Shown: piece by piece, positions 8,598 through 16,677 of the stretch
Numbering within the stretch: position 1 is the stretch's first letter
How the letters are laid out: every line of letters starts with the position of its first letter
Assembly (NCBI GenBank): GCA_964584035.1
Contig: CAZOYL010000004.1
Coordinates: forward strand, 21,555-43,157
Source of the DNA: an uncultured Gemmatimonadota bacterium
GTDB lineage: Bacteria; SM23-81
Reading direction: 5' to 3'
Length of the DNA stretch: 21,603 nucleotides
Program-made: the position numbers and the translations under genes
Notes under the pieces: generated by a model
What the model saw: only the letters and a program-made list of their open reading frames with translations
What the model was told of the DNA's origin: nothing
The model's database searches: none

Positions 8598-9764
8598 TCA
8601 GCCTTTCAGATGTTCCACAACCCGGCGGGTTTTTTCCACATAAGAATCGTAGCTGTACTTCTCCCGGACCCGTGTCCGGGCTCCCCCGGCCAGTCGCCCG
8701 GCCCGCGCAGGATCACGCAGGAGATCGCCGATTCCCCGGGCCAGGCCTTCCGCCGTGGGAGGGACCAGCAGGGCCACCTGATCATCCAAAACCTGACGAT
8801 GGGTTTCCAGATCGGTGGCCACAATGGGCTTTCCTGCGGCCAGATAGGAATAGATCTTCAGCGGTGTATTGGTGCCCCGGGATCTCGGCGAAACAAGCAC
8901 ATCCGCCGCGGCCAGATAGATGGAGATCTCCTCCAGCGGGCGAGTGCCCGGAAACCGAAAATGATCTTCCCGTCCATGCCGCCGGGCCAGTTGTCGCAAT
9001 CGATCGATCTGATCGGAACGCCCCCCGACGAACAGATAAACGGCCCGGGGAAATTCCGACAGGACTCGGTCGGCCCCCTGGATGAGCAGCTCCAGTCCCT
9101 GGTTTCTCTCGAAGGTGCCGGTGTAGACCACCAGCGGCCTTCCCGCCAGATCCAGCCGCTCTCTCAGTTCCGCCGTCAGGCGATCGATATCCCGGGGCGG
9201 CGGTTCCACCGAATAATTTTCGACCAGAAACGCCTTGAGTCCGTTTCCTTGCCGGGTTACGTGATCCTGAAGATCGGGACAGATGGTGATCACCGTATCG
9301 GCCCTCCGGAGAACGGCACGTTCCATCCGGGCGAACAGAAACAGCAGCCAGGGATTTCGTGAAAATCCGTAATTCTTCAGCTGCTGCGGTAGAGAAGAAT
9401 GCATGTCATAGAGCAGCCGGAGGCCGAACAGCGACGCCAGGGGAGATGAAAAGTAGGCCGCCTCTTCATGAGCGTGAACGGCGTCGTAACGACCCGTGGC
9501 CAGCATGGCGATGGCCTTGAAAAAGAGCATCAGATCCAGAAAGGGCTTGATCAAGGACGGCCCCACTTTTATCCGCCGGACCAGAGGCAGGCGCGGGCCG
9601 CGGAAAATCCGCACGCCGTCGATATCCAGGTTCTGGCCCAGATGATAGGTCAGCAGGTCGACGTGAATGCCCAGTCGGGAAAAGGCCCTCAGCCGGTGAT
9701 AGATGCTGATGGGAGTGCCCCGGGGAGAAAAAAAGGGCTCCGGGGCGATCATCAGGATTCGCAT
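8598..9764 (-). CDS. Glycosyltransferase family 4
   Basis: MRILMIAP, YTGTF, ADVLVSP, PLKIYSYLAAGKPIVAT (GT-B C-terminal motif). Confidence 0.92.
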   Translation of the reverse strand: MRILMIAPEPFFSPRGTPISIYHRLRAFSRLGIHVDLLTYHLGQNLDIDGVRIFRGPRLPLVRRIKVGPSLIKPFLDLMLFFKAIAMLATGRYDAVHAHEEAAYFSSPLASLFGLRLLYDMHSSLPQQLKNYGFSRNPWLLFLFARMERAVLRRADTVITICPDLQDHVTRQGNGLKAFLVENYSVEPPPRDIDRLTAELRERLDLAGRPLVVYTGTFERNQGLELLIQGADRVLSEFPRAVYLFVGGRSDQIDRLRQLARRHGREDHFRFPGTRPLEEISIYLAAADVLVSPRSRGTNTPLKIYSYLAAGKPIVATDLETHRQVLDDQVALLVPPTAEGLARGIGDLLRDPARAGRLAGGARTRVREKYSYDSYVEKTRRVVEHLKG

Positions 9765-9805
9765 GAGATCTCCGCAAGAAGCCCGAGCCGTATTCGATAG
9801 ATACT

Positions 9806-9863
9806 GGCTTCCTTAAAGATAGCTTCCTTGACGATGGCTCCTTCGACGATGGTTCCCTTCCGG
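9806..9863. repeat. Degenerate 15-bp tandem repeat (about 3.5 copies) in an intergenic region
   Basis: GGCTTCCTTAAAGAT / AGCTTCCTTGACGAT / GGCTCCTTCGACGAT / GGTTCCCTTCCGG starting at 9806, 9821, 9836 and 9851. Confidence 0.75.
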
Positions 9864-9887
9864 AAGCGCCCCCGTCGGCCGGCCCCT

Positions 9888-10715
9888 TCAGAGGCTCAAG
9901 ACATCCTGGATGGGAGCGAACCGGAAGTCCTGAAGCAGCAGCCTGATCTTCCTCTCGGTGGCCGAGATGTTGGTGTAGTGCCTGAGCCGCCTGAGGAAAT
10001 GAACCTTCTGCCGGGGCTGAAAGGGGTCGATCTCCCAGGGATGCAGGTAGAAGATGGCCGGGTGTCCCTGGCGATTGACCCGTTTAACCGCCCATTTGAC
10101 GAACCAATAGGGATAGAGCCGGAGATATCCTCCCCCGGCAAAGGGTATGTTCCTGCCCAGAACCCTCACGGTAGAGAGGGGAAATTCCATCAGCTCGCGG
10201 CCTTCCTTGAGATCGACGGTGAAGGGAAAGCGCGGCAGGGCGGCCACTCCGTAACGGTCGTGCTTGATGGGAAAGATGCTGGAGTCGTAACGAATGCCCA
10301 GATCGGCCAGCAGCTCCCAGGCCCACATGGTATCGGGGATAATCGAATAGCTGGGGGCGCGGTACCCGATGATCTTCTCTCCGACGATATTTTCCAGTAT
10401 GCTGATCGCCCGGGAAACATCCTGGCGGAATTCCTCTTGAGTCTGACTCTGGATTTGGATATGGGCGTACCCATGGGTGGAAATCTCGTGGCCGTACTGA
10501 TGAATGCTGCGCACCAGCTGGGGGTGCCGCTCGGCGATCCAGCCGAGGATGAAAAAGGTGGCCTTGACTTTTTGGAAGGCAAACAGATCCAGGATCCTTC
10601 GGACGTTGATATCCACGCGGCTTTCGCAGCTGTCCCAATCGTCCCGTCGGATGACGTTCTCAAAATTCGTCACCTGAAACCAATCTTCCACATCTACTGA
10701 CAGGGCGTTGATCAT
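9888..10715 (-). CDS. Polysaccharide deacetylase, PEP-CTERM/XrtA-locus subfamily (DUF3473-containing)
   Basis: NALSVDVEDWFQV, ATFFILGW, HEISTHGYAH, GYRAPSYSI, YDSSIFP, AGGGYLRLYP, FYLHPWEIDP. Confidence 0.93.
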   Translation of the reverse strand: MINALSVDVEDWFQVTNFENVIRRDDWDSCESRVDINVRRILDLFAFQKVKATFFILGWIAERHPQLVRSIHQYGHEISTHGYAHIQIQSQTQEEFRQDVSRAISILENIVGEKIIGYRAPSYSIIPDTMWAWELLADLGIRYDSSIFPIKHDRYGVAALPRFPFTVDLKEGRELMEFPLSTVRVLGRNIPFAGGGYLRLYPYWFVKWAVKRVNRQGHPAIFYLHPWEIDPFQPRQKVHFLRRLRHYTNISATERKIRLLLQDFRFAPIQDVLSL

Positions 10716-10766
10716 AATTCCATCCGAGCGCCGATGTTGATCGTGGCGGAGCGGCCGGGGCCGCTC

Positions 10767-11714
10767 TCAGGGAGAGCTTTTCAGCGCCTTCTTGAACCAG
10801 GCGACCGTTCGTTCCAGACCTGACTCGAAGGACATGTCCGGTCGATATCCCAGCAACTGCCGGGCTCTGGTGATATCCGCCAGAGAATGCCGCACATCGC
10901 CCGGGCGGGGGCCGGCATGAACCGGATCGTCGCGAACGCCCAGGATGCGGCTCAACCGCGCTGACAAATCGTTGACGGTGTATCGCTTGCCACAGGCCAC
11001 GTTGAACACCAGAGGGGACACCTGCGGAACGCGACAGGCCAGAATATTGGCCCGGACGACATTGGAAACATAAGAAAAATCCCGGCTCTGGCGGCCGTCC
11101 CCGTGAATCACGGGTCGCTCCCCCCTGATCAGAGCCAGGATGAATTTGGGAATCACGGCGGCATATTGAGAGGCGGGATTCTGTCGCGGACCGAAGACGT
11201 TGAAGTATCGCAGGCAGACCGTTTCCAGACCGTAGAGCTGGGAAAAAACACGACAGTATAGCTCCCCGGCGAATTTGCTGATGGCATAGGGAGAGATGGG
11301 CTCAGGCCGGGCGCTCTCGCGCTTGGGCATTTGTGGCGATGGACCATACACCGAGGATGAGCTGGCCAGAACAAAACGCTTCACGGCGGCATCCCTGGCC
11401 GCCTGGAGGAGATTGAGCGTGCCGCCAACATTGACCTGGTTGGTCTCCAGAGGATCATCGATGGACCGCGGAACCGAGGCCAGCGCGGCCTGATGAAGAA
11501 TAAAGTCAACATCTCTGACGGCCCGGCGGACGGTCCGGCGGTCCCGCACGTCACCCCGTATGAGCTCAATCCTGGTCAGACATCCGTTCAGGTTTTCCTC
11601 TCTCCCGGTGGAAAGATTATCCAGCACCCGGACGTTCTGCCGACGGCGCAGCAGTTCTCGAACGATATGGGAGCCGATGAATCCGGCTCCTCCGGTGATT
11701 AAAAACGATGCCAT
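10767..11714 (-). CDS. NAD-dependent UDP-sugar 4-epimerase (WbpP/TviC-like extended SDR)
   Basis: ITGGAGFIGSH, HQAALASVPRS, ASSSSVYG, SPYAISK, YFNVFGPRQNP..YAAVIPKF. Confidence 0.9.
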   Translation of the reverse strand: MASFLITGGAGFIGSHIVRELLRRRQNVRVLDNLSTGREENLNGCLTRIELIRGDVRDRRTVRRAVRDVDFILHQAALASVPRSIDDPLETNQVNVGGTLNLLQAARDAAVKRFVLASSSSVYGPSPQMPKRESARPEPISPYAISKFAGELYCRVFSQLYGLETVCLRYFNVFGPRQNPASQYAAVIPKFILALIRGERPVIHGDGRQSRDFSYVSNVVRANILACRVPQVSPLVFNVACGKRYTVNDLSARLSRILGVRDDPVHAGPRPGDVRHSLADITRARQLLGYRPDMSFESGLERTVAWFKKALKSSP

Positions 11715-11762
11715 CAGGAATCTGCCATTCTGTGAACAGGCCCCTCCGGTCCGGGTCGCGGA

Positions 11763-12497
11763 TTAAGGATGCGGTTCCCGGACCGCGGAGATATTCGATT
11801 TGCTGTTATAGTATTTATAATATTTATAGCGATAATGATAGGGCAGCACCTCGGTCAGATCGTTGACCACCACGCCTAAGATATTGGCCTGAGCCTTTTC
11901 AAGAATGTTAATGCCCCGCTGGCCGACCTCCCGGGGAGTCTTCCCCGCCAGAAAGATATACAGAATGCCATCGACCATTTTCCCGGCCACCTCAGGATCG
12001 CTGACCGGGATGGTGGGAGGAAAATCCAGGATGATGATATCAAAGAGAGACTTCAGCTTGACCATGAGTTTGGTAAGGTGCTCATTCTCAAACAACTTCG
12101 ATGGATTGCGCGTCACCCGGCCGCTGGTGATGACCTTGAGGTTGTCCGCCGTCGTGCTCTTGCAGGCCGCCTGAATGGTCAGGTCGCCTTCCAGAATCTC
12201 GGCCAGTCCATTCTGCCGATCGAAACCGAACAGGCGATGAATTTGAGGCCTTCTCAAGTCGGCGTCGATGAGCAGGATGTTCTTCTTCTTTCGGCGAGCC
12301 AGAGAGATGGCCAGATGGCTGGCGATGGTCGTCTTCCCCTCTCCCCTCATGGAGCTGGTCACCATCAGGGTCAAAGAACCTTTTGGCTGACAGAGGTCCA
12401 GCACTCTCTTGGCCAGACGCCGGAATTCGGTGCCCTCGGGAGACTCCTCCGCGTAGCGGCTGGGGACGTTCTCTTCCTGTCTCTTTTCCACTTTCAT
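11763..12497 (-). CDS. CpsD/CapB-family bacterial tyrosine kinase (stand-alone Wzc kinase domain)
   Basis: Walker A TSSMRGEGKTT, Walker A' LIDADLRRP, Walker B IIILDFPP, C-terminal cluster of 7 Tyr (YHYRYKYYKYY). Confidence 0.93.
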   Translation of the reverse strand: MKVEKRQEENVPSRYAEESPEGTEFRRLAKRVLDLCQPKGSLTLMVTSSMRGEGKTTIASHLAISLARRKKKNILLIDADLRRPQIHRLFGFDRQNGLAEILEGDLTIQAACKSTTADNLKVITSGRVTRNPSKLFENEHLTKLMVKLKSLFDIIILDFPPTIPVSDPEVAGKMVDGILYIFLAGKTPREVGQRGINILEKAQANILGVVVNDLTEVLPYHYRYKYYKYYNSKSNISAVREPHP

Positions 12498-12526
12498 TCT
12501 ATTTCCCCATCGATCACCCGAACGGT

Positions 12527-14095
12527 TCAGACGCCCAGCAGGCGCTGTTTGAGGAAGATGGCGATGAGAACGACGGCCAGCAGGCTGAGGATCACCAGCA
12601 CCAGCAGCCGGCCCTTATGACCCCGTTTGACGCCCAGGTCCATCCGGGGAATGGTCACCAGCACGGCATGACCCAGATATTGCTCGACTTCCTCCACGGA
12701 GTTGAGCGAATGATCAAGATACTCCATAAGAAAAACCAGCGTCAACCCCAGCATAAGTCCGATGATGACGCTCATGCCCGCCAGACGAAGACGGTTAGGC
12801 TTGACCGGCTTGAGCGGCAGCATGGCCGGCTCCATCAGCCGGAAACGTCCCTCGGCGGCCGTCCGATGGGCCGCCTCCTGTATCTGAGCCCCCTGCGACT
12901 GATCAAGGAACAGCTGATAGAGCTTCCGATTGGAAGCCACCTCTTCCTTCAGTCGTTCCAGGGTCATCTCGTCCTGAGGCTCGCCCACCAGGGAGCGCTC
13001 AAACTGGTCCACCTCGCCATTGAGAGTCAACCATTTGTTACGGTAGAACACCTCGTCAGCCCGGGCCAGCTCCAAATCGACCAGAACGCTGCAGGTCACC
13101 GGATCACTATTCCCGGTGACCTCCCCACAGACCCGGCCGAGCTCATCCCTGAGATTGTTACGCGCTTTGTTGATCTGCTCGCTCAATGCGATGACCCGGC
13201 CATCGCGCCAGCTATGGAGAATGAGCATCTCGGCCAAACGCCGCCCGCCCTGGTGGTATTCCGTTCTCAACTCTTCGATCCTGGCGTCATTCAGCGAAGC
13301 CGGGGCACTGGTAACCAGATTCTGAAGCCGGATGGTCAGAGAGGTGACCCGCCCTTCGGCCTCCCGAAGATCGGATTCGGCGCTTGAGACCAGCGTGCTG
13401 AGCTGCTGCAGGTTTGACTCATCTCCGACCTCGTGCTGCAAGGATTGGCGAACCATCTGCTCCCGGAAGCGACGCAATTTTTCCTCGGACGTCTCTAATT
13501 TCGTCTGGTAGATGGCCAGCTGCTCGTTGCTGAACTCCAGCGTCCCGCGCACGCCGCTGAGCTCTCGGCGAAGAGTCTCATCGATGAACACTTCGGTGAG
13601 CGTTTTGGCCAACAGGAAGGCTGCTTTAGGTTCATTATCCTCGACGGTGATGACCAGCATGTCCAAGCCCTGACCCTGAACCCGAATTTTATTCCTTAAG
13701 GAGCCGATCAGCCATCGTTCCACGATGTCAGCGGTGCTCAGATCGGGGTATTTCTGCTGCTCCCGTTCGGCCTGGGCTCGAAGAGCCGGGTTCTGCTGCC
13801 ACTCCAGGGTTCTGATCAGCCGGGTGAGATAATCCCGGCTGGTGATCTCCCGGCGCAGCGTGTCGATGCGCTCCCGATCACTCCGAGAGGCCATTCTCTC
13901 AACGTTCTGGGAAAGCAGCTGCGGCTCGGAGACCAATATGGTGGTGGAGGCCTGATAGACCGGATCGATGAACAAACTGCCCAGCATCACCGTCAGGACC
14001 ACGCCGAGAAACGGCAGGATCAATAAGATTTTTCGTTTGCTGATGACCCGGAGATATTGCCTGGGATCGAAAACGTCTTCCTTTGGAACGTTCAT
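12527..14095 (-). CDS. Polysaccharide chain-length determinant / co-polymerase (Wzz/GumC/PCP-2)
   Basis: N-terminal TM followed by PVYQASTTILV, a long coiled-coil region, EPAMLPLKPVKPN-TM-EYLD, and an extra C-terminal TM. Start is likely the ATG at 14095 (or 14107); the ORF-track start overlaps the upstream gene. Confidence 0.88.
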   Translation of the reverse strand: MNVPKEDVFDPRQYLRVISKRKILLILPFLGVVLTVMLGSLFIDPVYQASTTILVSEPQLLSQNVERMASRSDRERIDTLRREITSRDYLTRLIRTLEWQQNPALRAQAEREQQKYPDLSTADIVERWLIGSLRNKIRVQGQGLDMLVITVEDNEPKAAFLLAKTLTEVFIDETLRRELSGVRGTLEFSNEQLAIYQTKLETSEEKLRRFREQMVRQSLQHEVGDESNLQQLSTLVSSAESDLREAEGRVTSLTIRLQNLVTSAPASLNDARIEELRTEYHQGGRRLAEMLILHSWRDGRVIALSEQINKARNNLRDELGRVCGEVTGNSDPVTCSVLVDLELARADEVFYRNKWLTLNGEVDQFERSLVGEPQDEMTLERLKEEVASNRKLYQLFLDQSQGAQIQEAAHRTAAEGRFRLMEPAMLPLKPVKPNRLRLAGMSVIIGLMLGLTLVFLMEYLDHSLNSVEEVEQYLGHAVLVTIPRMDLGVKRGHKGRLLVLVILSLLAVVLIAIFLKQRLLGV

Positions 14096-14123
14096 CGCGC
14101 CTTTCATGATCGATCGGACCAAC

Positions 14124-15092
14124 TCAACCGCGCAACCAATCGATAAGATAAATGAAACCAACGACTCCCGAGGTGATGGTCAGGAACTGAGATGTGCCCT
14201 GCCACAGGTTGCGCCACAGCCCGGACCGTTTCGGGACCACTACGGTGTCTCCGGCGTGGAGAGGAAAATCGGGCGGGTTTCCCTGGCGAATATGCTGTTC
14301 CACATCGACCCTGGCAACGGAAGACTTCTGGCCCTGACGAATCAGCACACGTACCCTGCGAAGATCGGCTTGATCCGTCGTCCCGCCGGCCTGGGTGAGA
14401 ACCTGTAATAAGGTGCTGTGCTCCTCGACCGGGTAGACGCCCGGGCGGACGACCTGGCCGTATACGAAGACGACCGAACGCCCCAGCATGTCGACCATTC
14501 CCCCGGCCGTTTCGGATGGCACCCCCGGCACGATCACCGTGTCTCCCGGCTTCAGCGCCGGGAGCGGTGAGAAGTCCCCCGATTCCAGCGCCTGAGCCAG
14601 ATTGACCGTCATCTTCTCAGCGGCTCCCTGCTCGGCCCGAATGATGGTCACCTCGCTGAGCATGGCGCCCTCCCGAGGACCCCCGGCCTCCCGAATAACC
14701 TCCCAGAGGTTGGGGATAAATTCAAACGTGTACTTGCCGGGGCGATAGACTTCCCCGGTGATAAACACCATCTGACTGTTGTATTCCAGAATCTCCACGC
14801 GCGCCTGCGAGATGGCGTTATTATAGATCGAGATCTCCCCGACGATGCTCTCCTCCAGCTCGCCGATGGTCAGCCCGGCCGCCTGGATGTCCCCCACGAC
14901 CGGCAGGGATATCCGGCCGTCCTGGCGAACTCGTGAGATGGTGTTGAGATCGGCCTGCTGCCAGAAGGACACCCGTATCACATCGTCGTTCCCGATAATA
15001 TATTCCAAGGAAACGGCTTGAACAGCAAAGAGAGCCAGGCAGATGAGCATAATGAGAAAACCCACCGGACCGGAACGCCTTGACCGTGGCAT
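14124..15092 (-). CDS. wza: Polysaccharide export protein (Wza/OPX family, Poly_export + SLBB domains)
   Basis: EYIIGNDDVI..VRQDGRISLPVVGDIQAAGLT motif; two SLBB repeats (VFITGEVYRPG; VFVYGQVVRPG...AGG...GDTVVVP); AAAGGAG SD 7 nt before the ATG at 15092. Confidence 0.88.
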   Translation of the reverse strand: MPRSRRSGPVGFLIMLICLALFAVQAVSLEYIIGNDDVIRVSFWQQADLNTISRVRQDGRISLPVVGDIQAAGLTIGELEESIVGEISIYNNAISQARVEILEYNSQMVFITGEVYRPGKYTFEFIPNLWEVIREAGGPREGAMLSEVTIIRAEQGAAEKMTVNLAQALESGDFSPLPALKPGDTVIVPGVPSETAGGMVDMLGRSVVFVYGQVVRPGVYPVEEHSTLLQVLTQAGGTTDQADLRRVRVLIRQGQKSSVARVDVEQHIRQGNPPDFPLHAGDTVVVPKRSGLWRNLWQGTSQFLTITSGVVGFIYLIDWLRG

Positions 15093-15177
15093 ATGTCCAC
15101 TCCTTTCAGGCGTTGACAGACTGGAGAATCGGGAACTCATACGCTCATGCCCGATCTCTCCAAGTAATGAAATTTTC

Positions 15178-15193
15178 AGCAAGATATATGCCA
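15178..15193 (-). promoter_or_regulatory. sigma54 (-24/-12) promoter of the EPS operon
   Basis: Minus strand TGGCATATATCTTGCT matches TGGCA-N6-TTGCW with exact GG-N10-GC spacing, about 85 nt upstream of the wza start. Confidence 0.8.
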
Positions 15194-15196
15194 AAT

Positions 15197-15211
15197 GGGG
15201 TCCCGGACCCC
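15197..15211 (-). terminator. GC palindrome right after the response regulator stop (weak terminator or protein-binding site)
   Basis: GGGGTCC-G-GGACCCC followed by only ATTT on the minus strand. Confidence 0.4.
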
Positions 15212-15212
15212 G

Positions 15213-16613
15213 TCAATTCAAGCCGTATTCTTTAATCTTATAGAGCAGGGAACGGTAGCTGATACCCAACAGCTCAGCGGCCCGCTTGCGGTTCCAATTG
15301 GTCCGCTGAAGCGCGCTGTGGATTAAATCTCTCTCCGTCTTTTCCACGATCTGCTGGGTAGCCTCCTTTAAAGACAGACCGGTCTCCAGATCGCCGATCT
15401 GAAAGGCGGGCAATGGCTGCGCCACCGGTACAGGCTGCTTCTGGGCGCGCTGTGTGACCACCCGAGAGATGATGTCCTCATCGTTGCGGACCACGATCTG
15501 CTTGACCAGGTTCTCCAGCTCGCGGATATTACCCGGCCAGTCATGCTGCTGCAGCAGTTCCATGTTGGGCCGCGAAAACGGCCGGTATTCCCGATGATAT
15601 TGTTCGCAGATCTTGTGAAGCAGGTATTCCACCAACAGGGGAATGTCCTCCATGCGCTCTCTCAGCGGCGGCAGGAACAGCGTGATCTCGTTGAGCCGGT
15701 AAAAAAGATCCTCTCTCAAGCCGCCCTGCGTCAGAGCCGTTTCCAGATCACGATGGGTGGCGCAGAGGATGCGGACATCCACCTGGATGGTCTCCATGCC
15801 TCCGACCCGCACGAATTCACGATGTTCCAGAACCTGGAGCAGTTTGGCCTGCAGATCCGGAGGCATCTCCCCGATTTCGTCGAGAAAGATAGTGCCCTGT
15901 GAGGCCAGCTCGAACCGGCCCGGCTTTTTCTTCACGGCTCCGGTGAAGGCTCCTTTCTCATGTCCGAACAACTCGGCTTCCAGCAATTCTTTAGGCAAAG
16001 CGGCACAATTCACTTTAACAAAGGGCCCCTCACGGCGACCCGACATACGATGTAAAGCCCTGGCCACCACCTCTTTGCCGGTTCCGCTCTCGCCCCTGAT
16101 GAGAACCGTTAATTCGCTGTCGGCGACCTGTTCGATCATCGACTTGATCTCCAGGATCCGCGGGCTGTCCCCCACGAAATTGTCATATTCGCTTTTGGCC
16201 TGCAGCTCCGACCGAAGATGGCGGACCTCTTTTTTCAGCTCGCTCTTCTCCAGTACACTGCGGATGTGGATATCGACCTCTTCCACGTCGAACGGCTTGC
16301 TGATGAAATCGGAGGCGCCCAGCTTCATGGCCTTGACGATCTGCTTGGTCTCCCCATAACCGGAGAGCATGATAATCTCCACGCGGCGATTGATGCTGCG
16401 AATCCGTTCCAGGACCTCCATCCCATTCATGCCCGGAAGCTTGATGTCCAGGATGATGACCAGCGGCTTTTCCTCAAGCATCATCTGGATGCCCTTTTTG
16501 CCGTCTGGAGCGGCCACGATGTCGTACCCGTCGCGGCTCAATCCTTCACGCAACATCCAGGCGACCTTGGGATTATCATCCACCACCAGTAATTTGATCT
16601 TATCCTTCGCCAT
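15213..16613 (-). CDS. sigma54-dependent response regulator (REC-AAA+-Fis HTH; NtrC/AtoC/PrsR-like)
   Basis: LVVDD...LDIKLPGMNG receiver, GESGTGKE, ELFGHEKGAFTGA, FLDEIGE, WPGNIRELEN, AAELLGISYRSLLYKI. ATG at 16613 follows AGGTGA (alternative GTG at 16619). Confidence 0.95.
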   Translation of the reverse strand: MAKDKIKLLVVDDNPKVAWMLREGLSRDGYDIVAAPDGKKGIQMMLEEKPLVIILDIKLPGMNGMEVLERIRSINRRVEIIMLSGYGETKQIVKAMKLGASDFISKPFDVEEVDIHIRSVLEKSELKKEVRHLRSELQAKSEYDNFVGDSPRILEIKSMIEQVADSELTVLIRGESGTGKEVVARALHRMSGRREGPFVKVNCAALPKELLEAELFGHEKGAFTGAVKKKPGRFELASQGTIFLDEIGEMPPDLQAKLLQVLEHREFVRVGGMETIQVDVRILCATHRDLETALTQGGLREDLFYRLNEITLFLPPLRERMEDIPLLVEYLLHKICEQYHREYRPFSRPNMELLQQHDWPGNIRELENLVKQIVVRNDEDIISRVVTQRAQKQPVPVAQPLPAFQIGDLETGLSLKEATQQIVEKTERDLIHSALQRTNWNRKRAAELLGISYRSLLYKIKEYGLN

Positions 16614-16677
16614 AATCACTCACCTGTCGAAAAAAGAGATGATCGCCCCGGCTCGATGGATTCAGACCGATAACATG

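Noticed and set aside
9728..9734. A7 tract near the start of the GT4 gene as a phase-variation site
   Set aside because: Short, explained by Phe-Phe-Ser codons, and the frame is intact
39..14408. Long plus-strand ORFs (e.g. 39-1238, 4886-5728, 5622-6497, 6613-7680, 7729-8643, 9828-10700, 12383-13387)
   Set aside because: Antisense shadows of clear minus-strand genes in GC-rich DNA; no recognisable motifs
15093..15194. ORF-track N-terminal extension of the Wza-like gene
   Set aside because: It contains the sigma54 promoter, and a strong SD precedes the ATG at 15092
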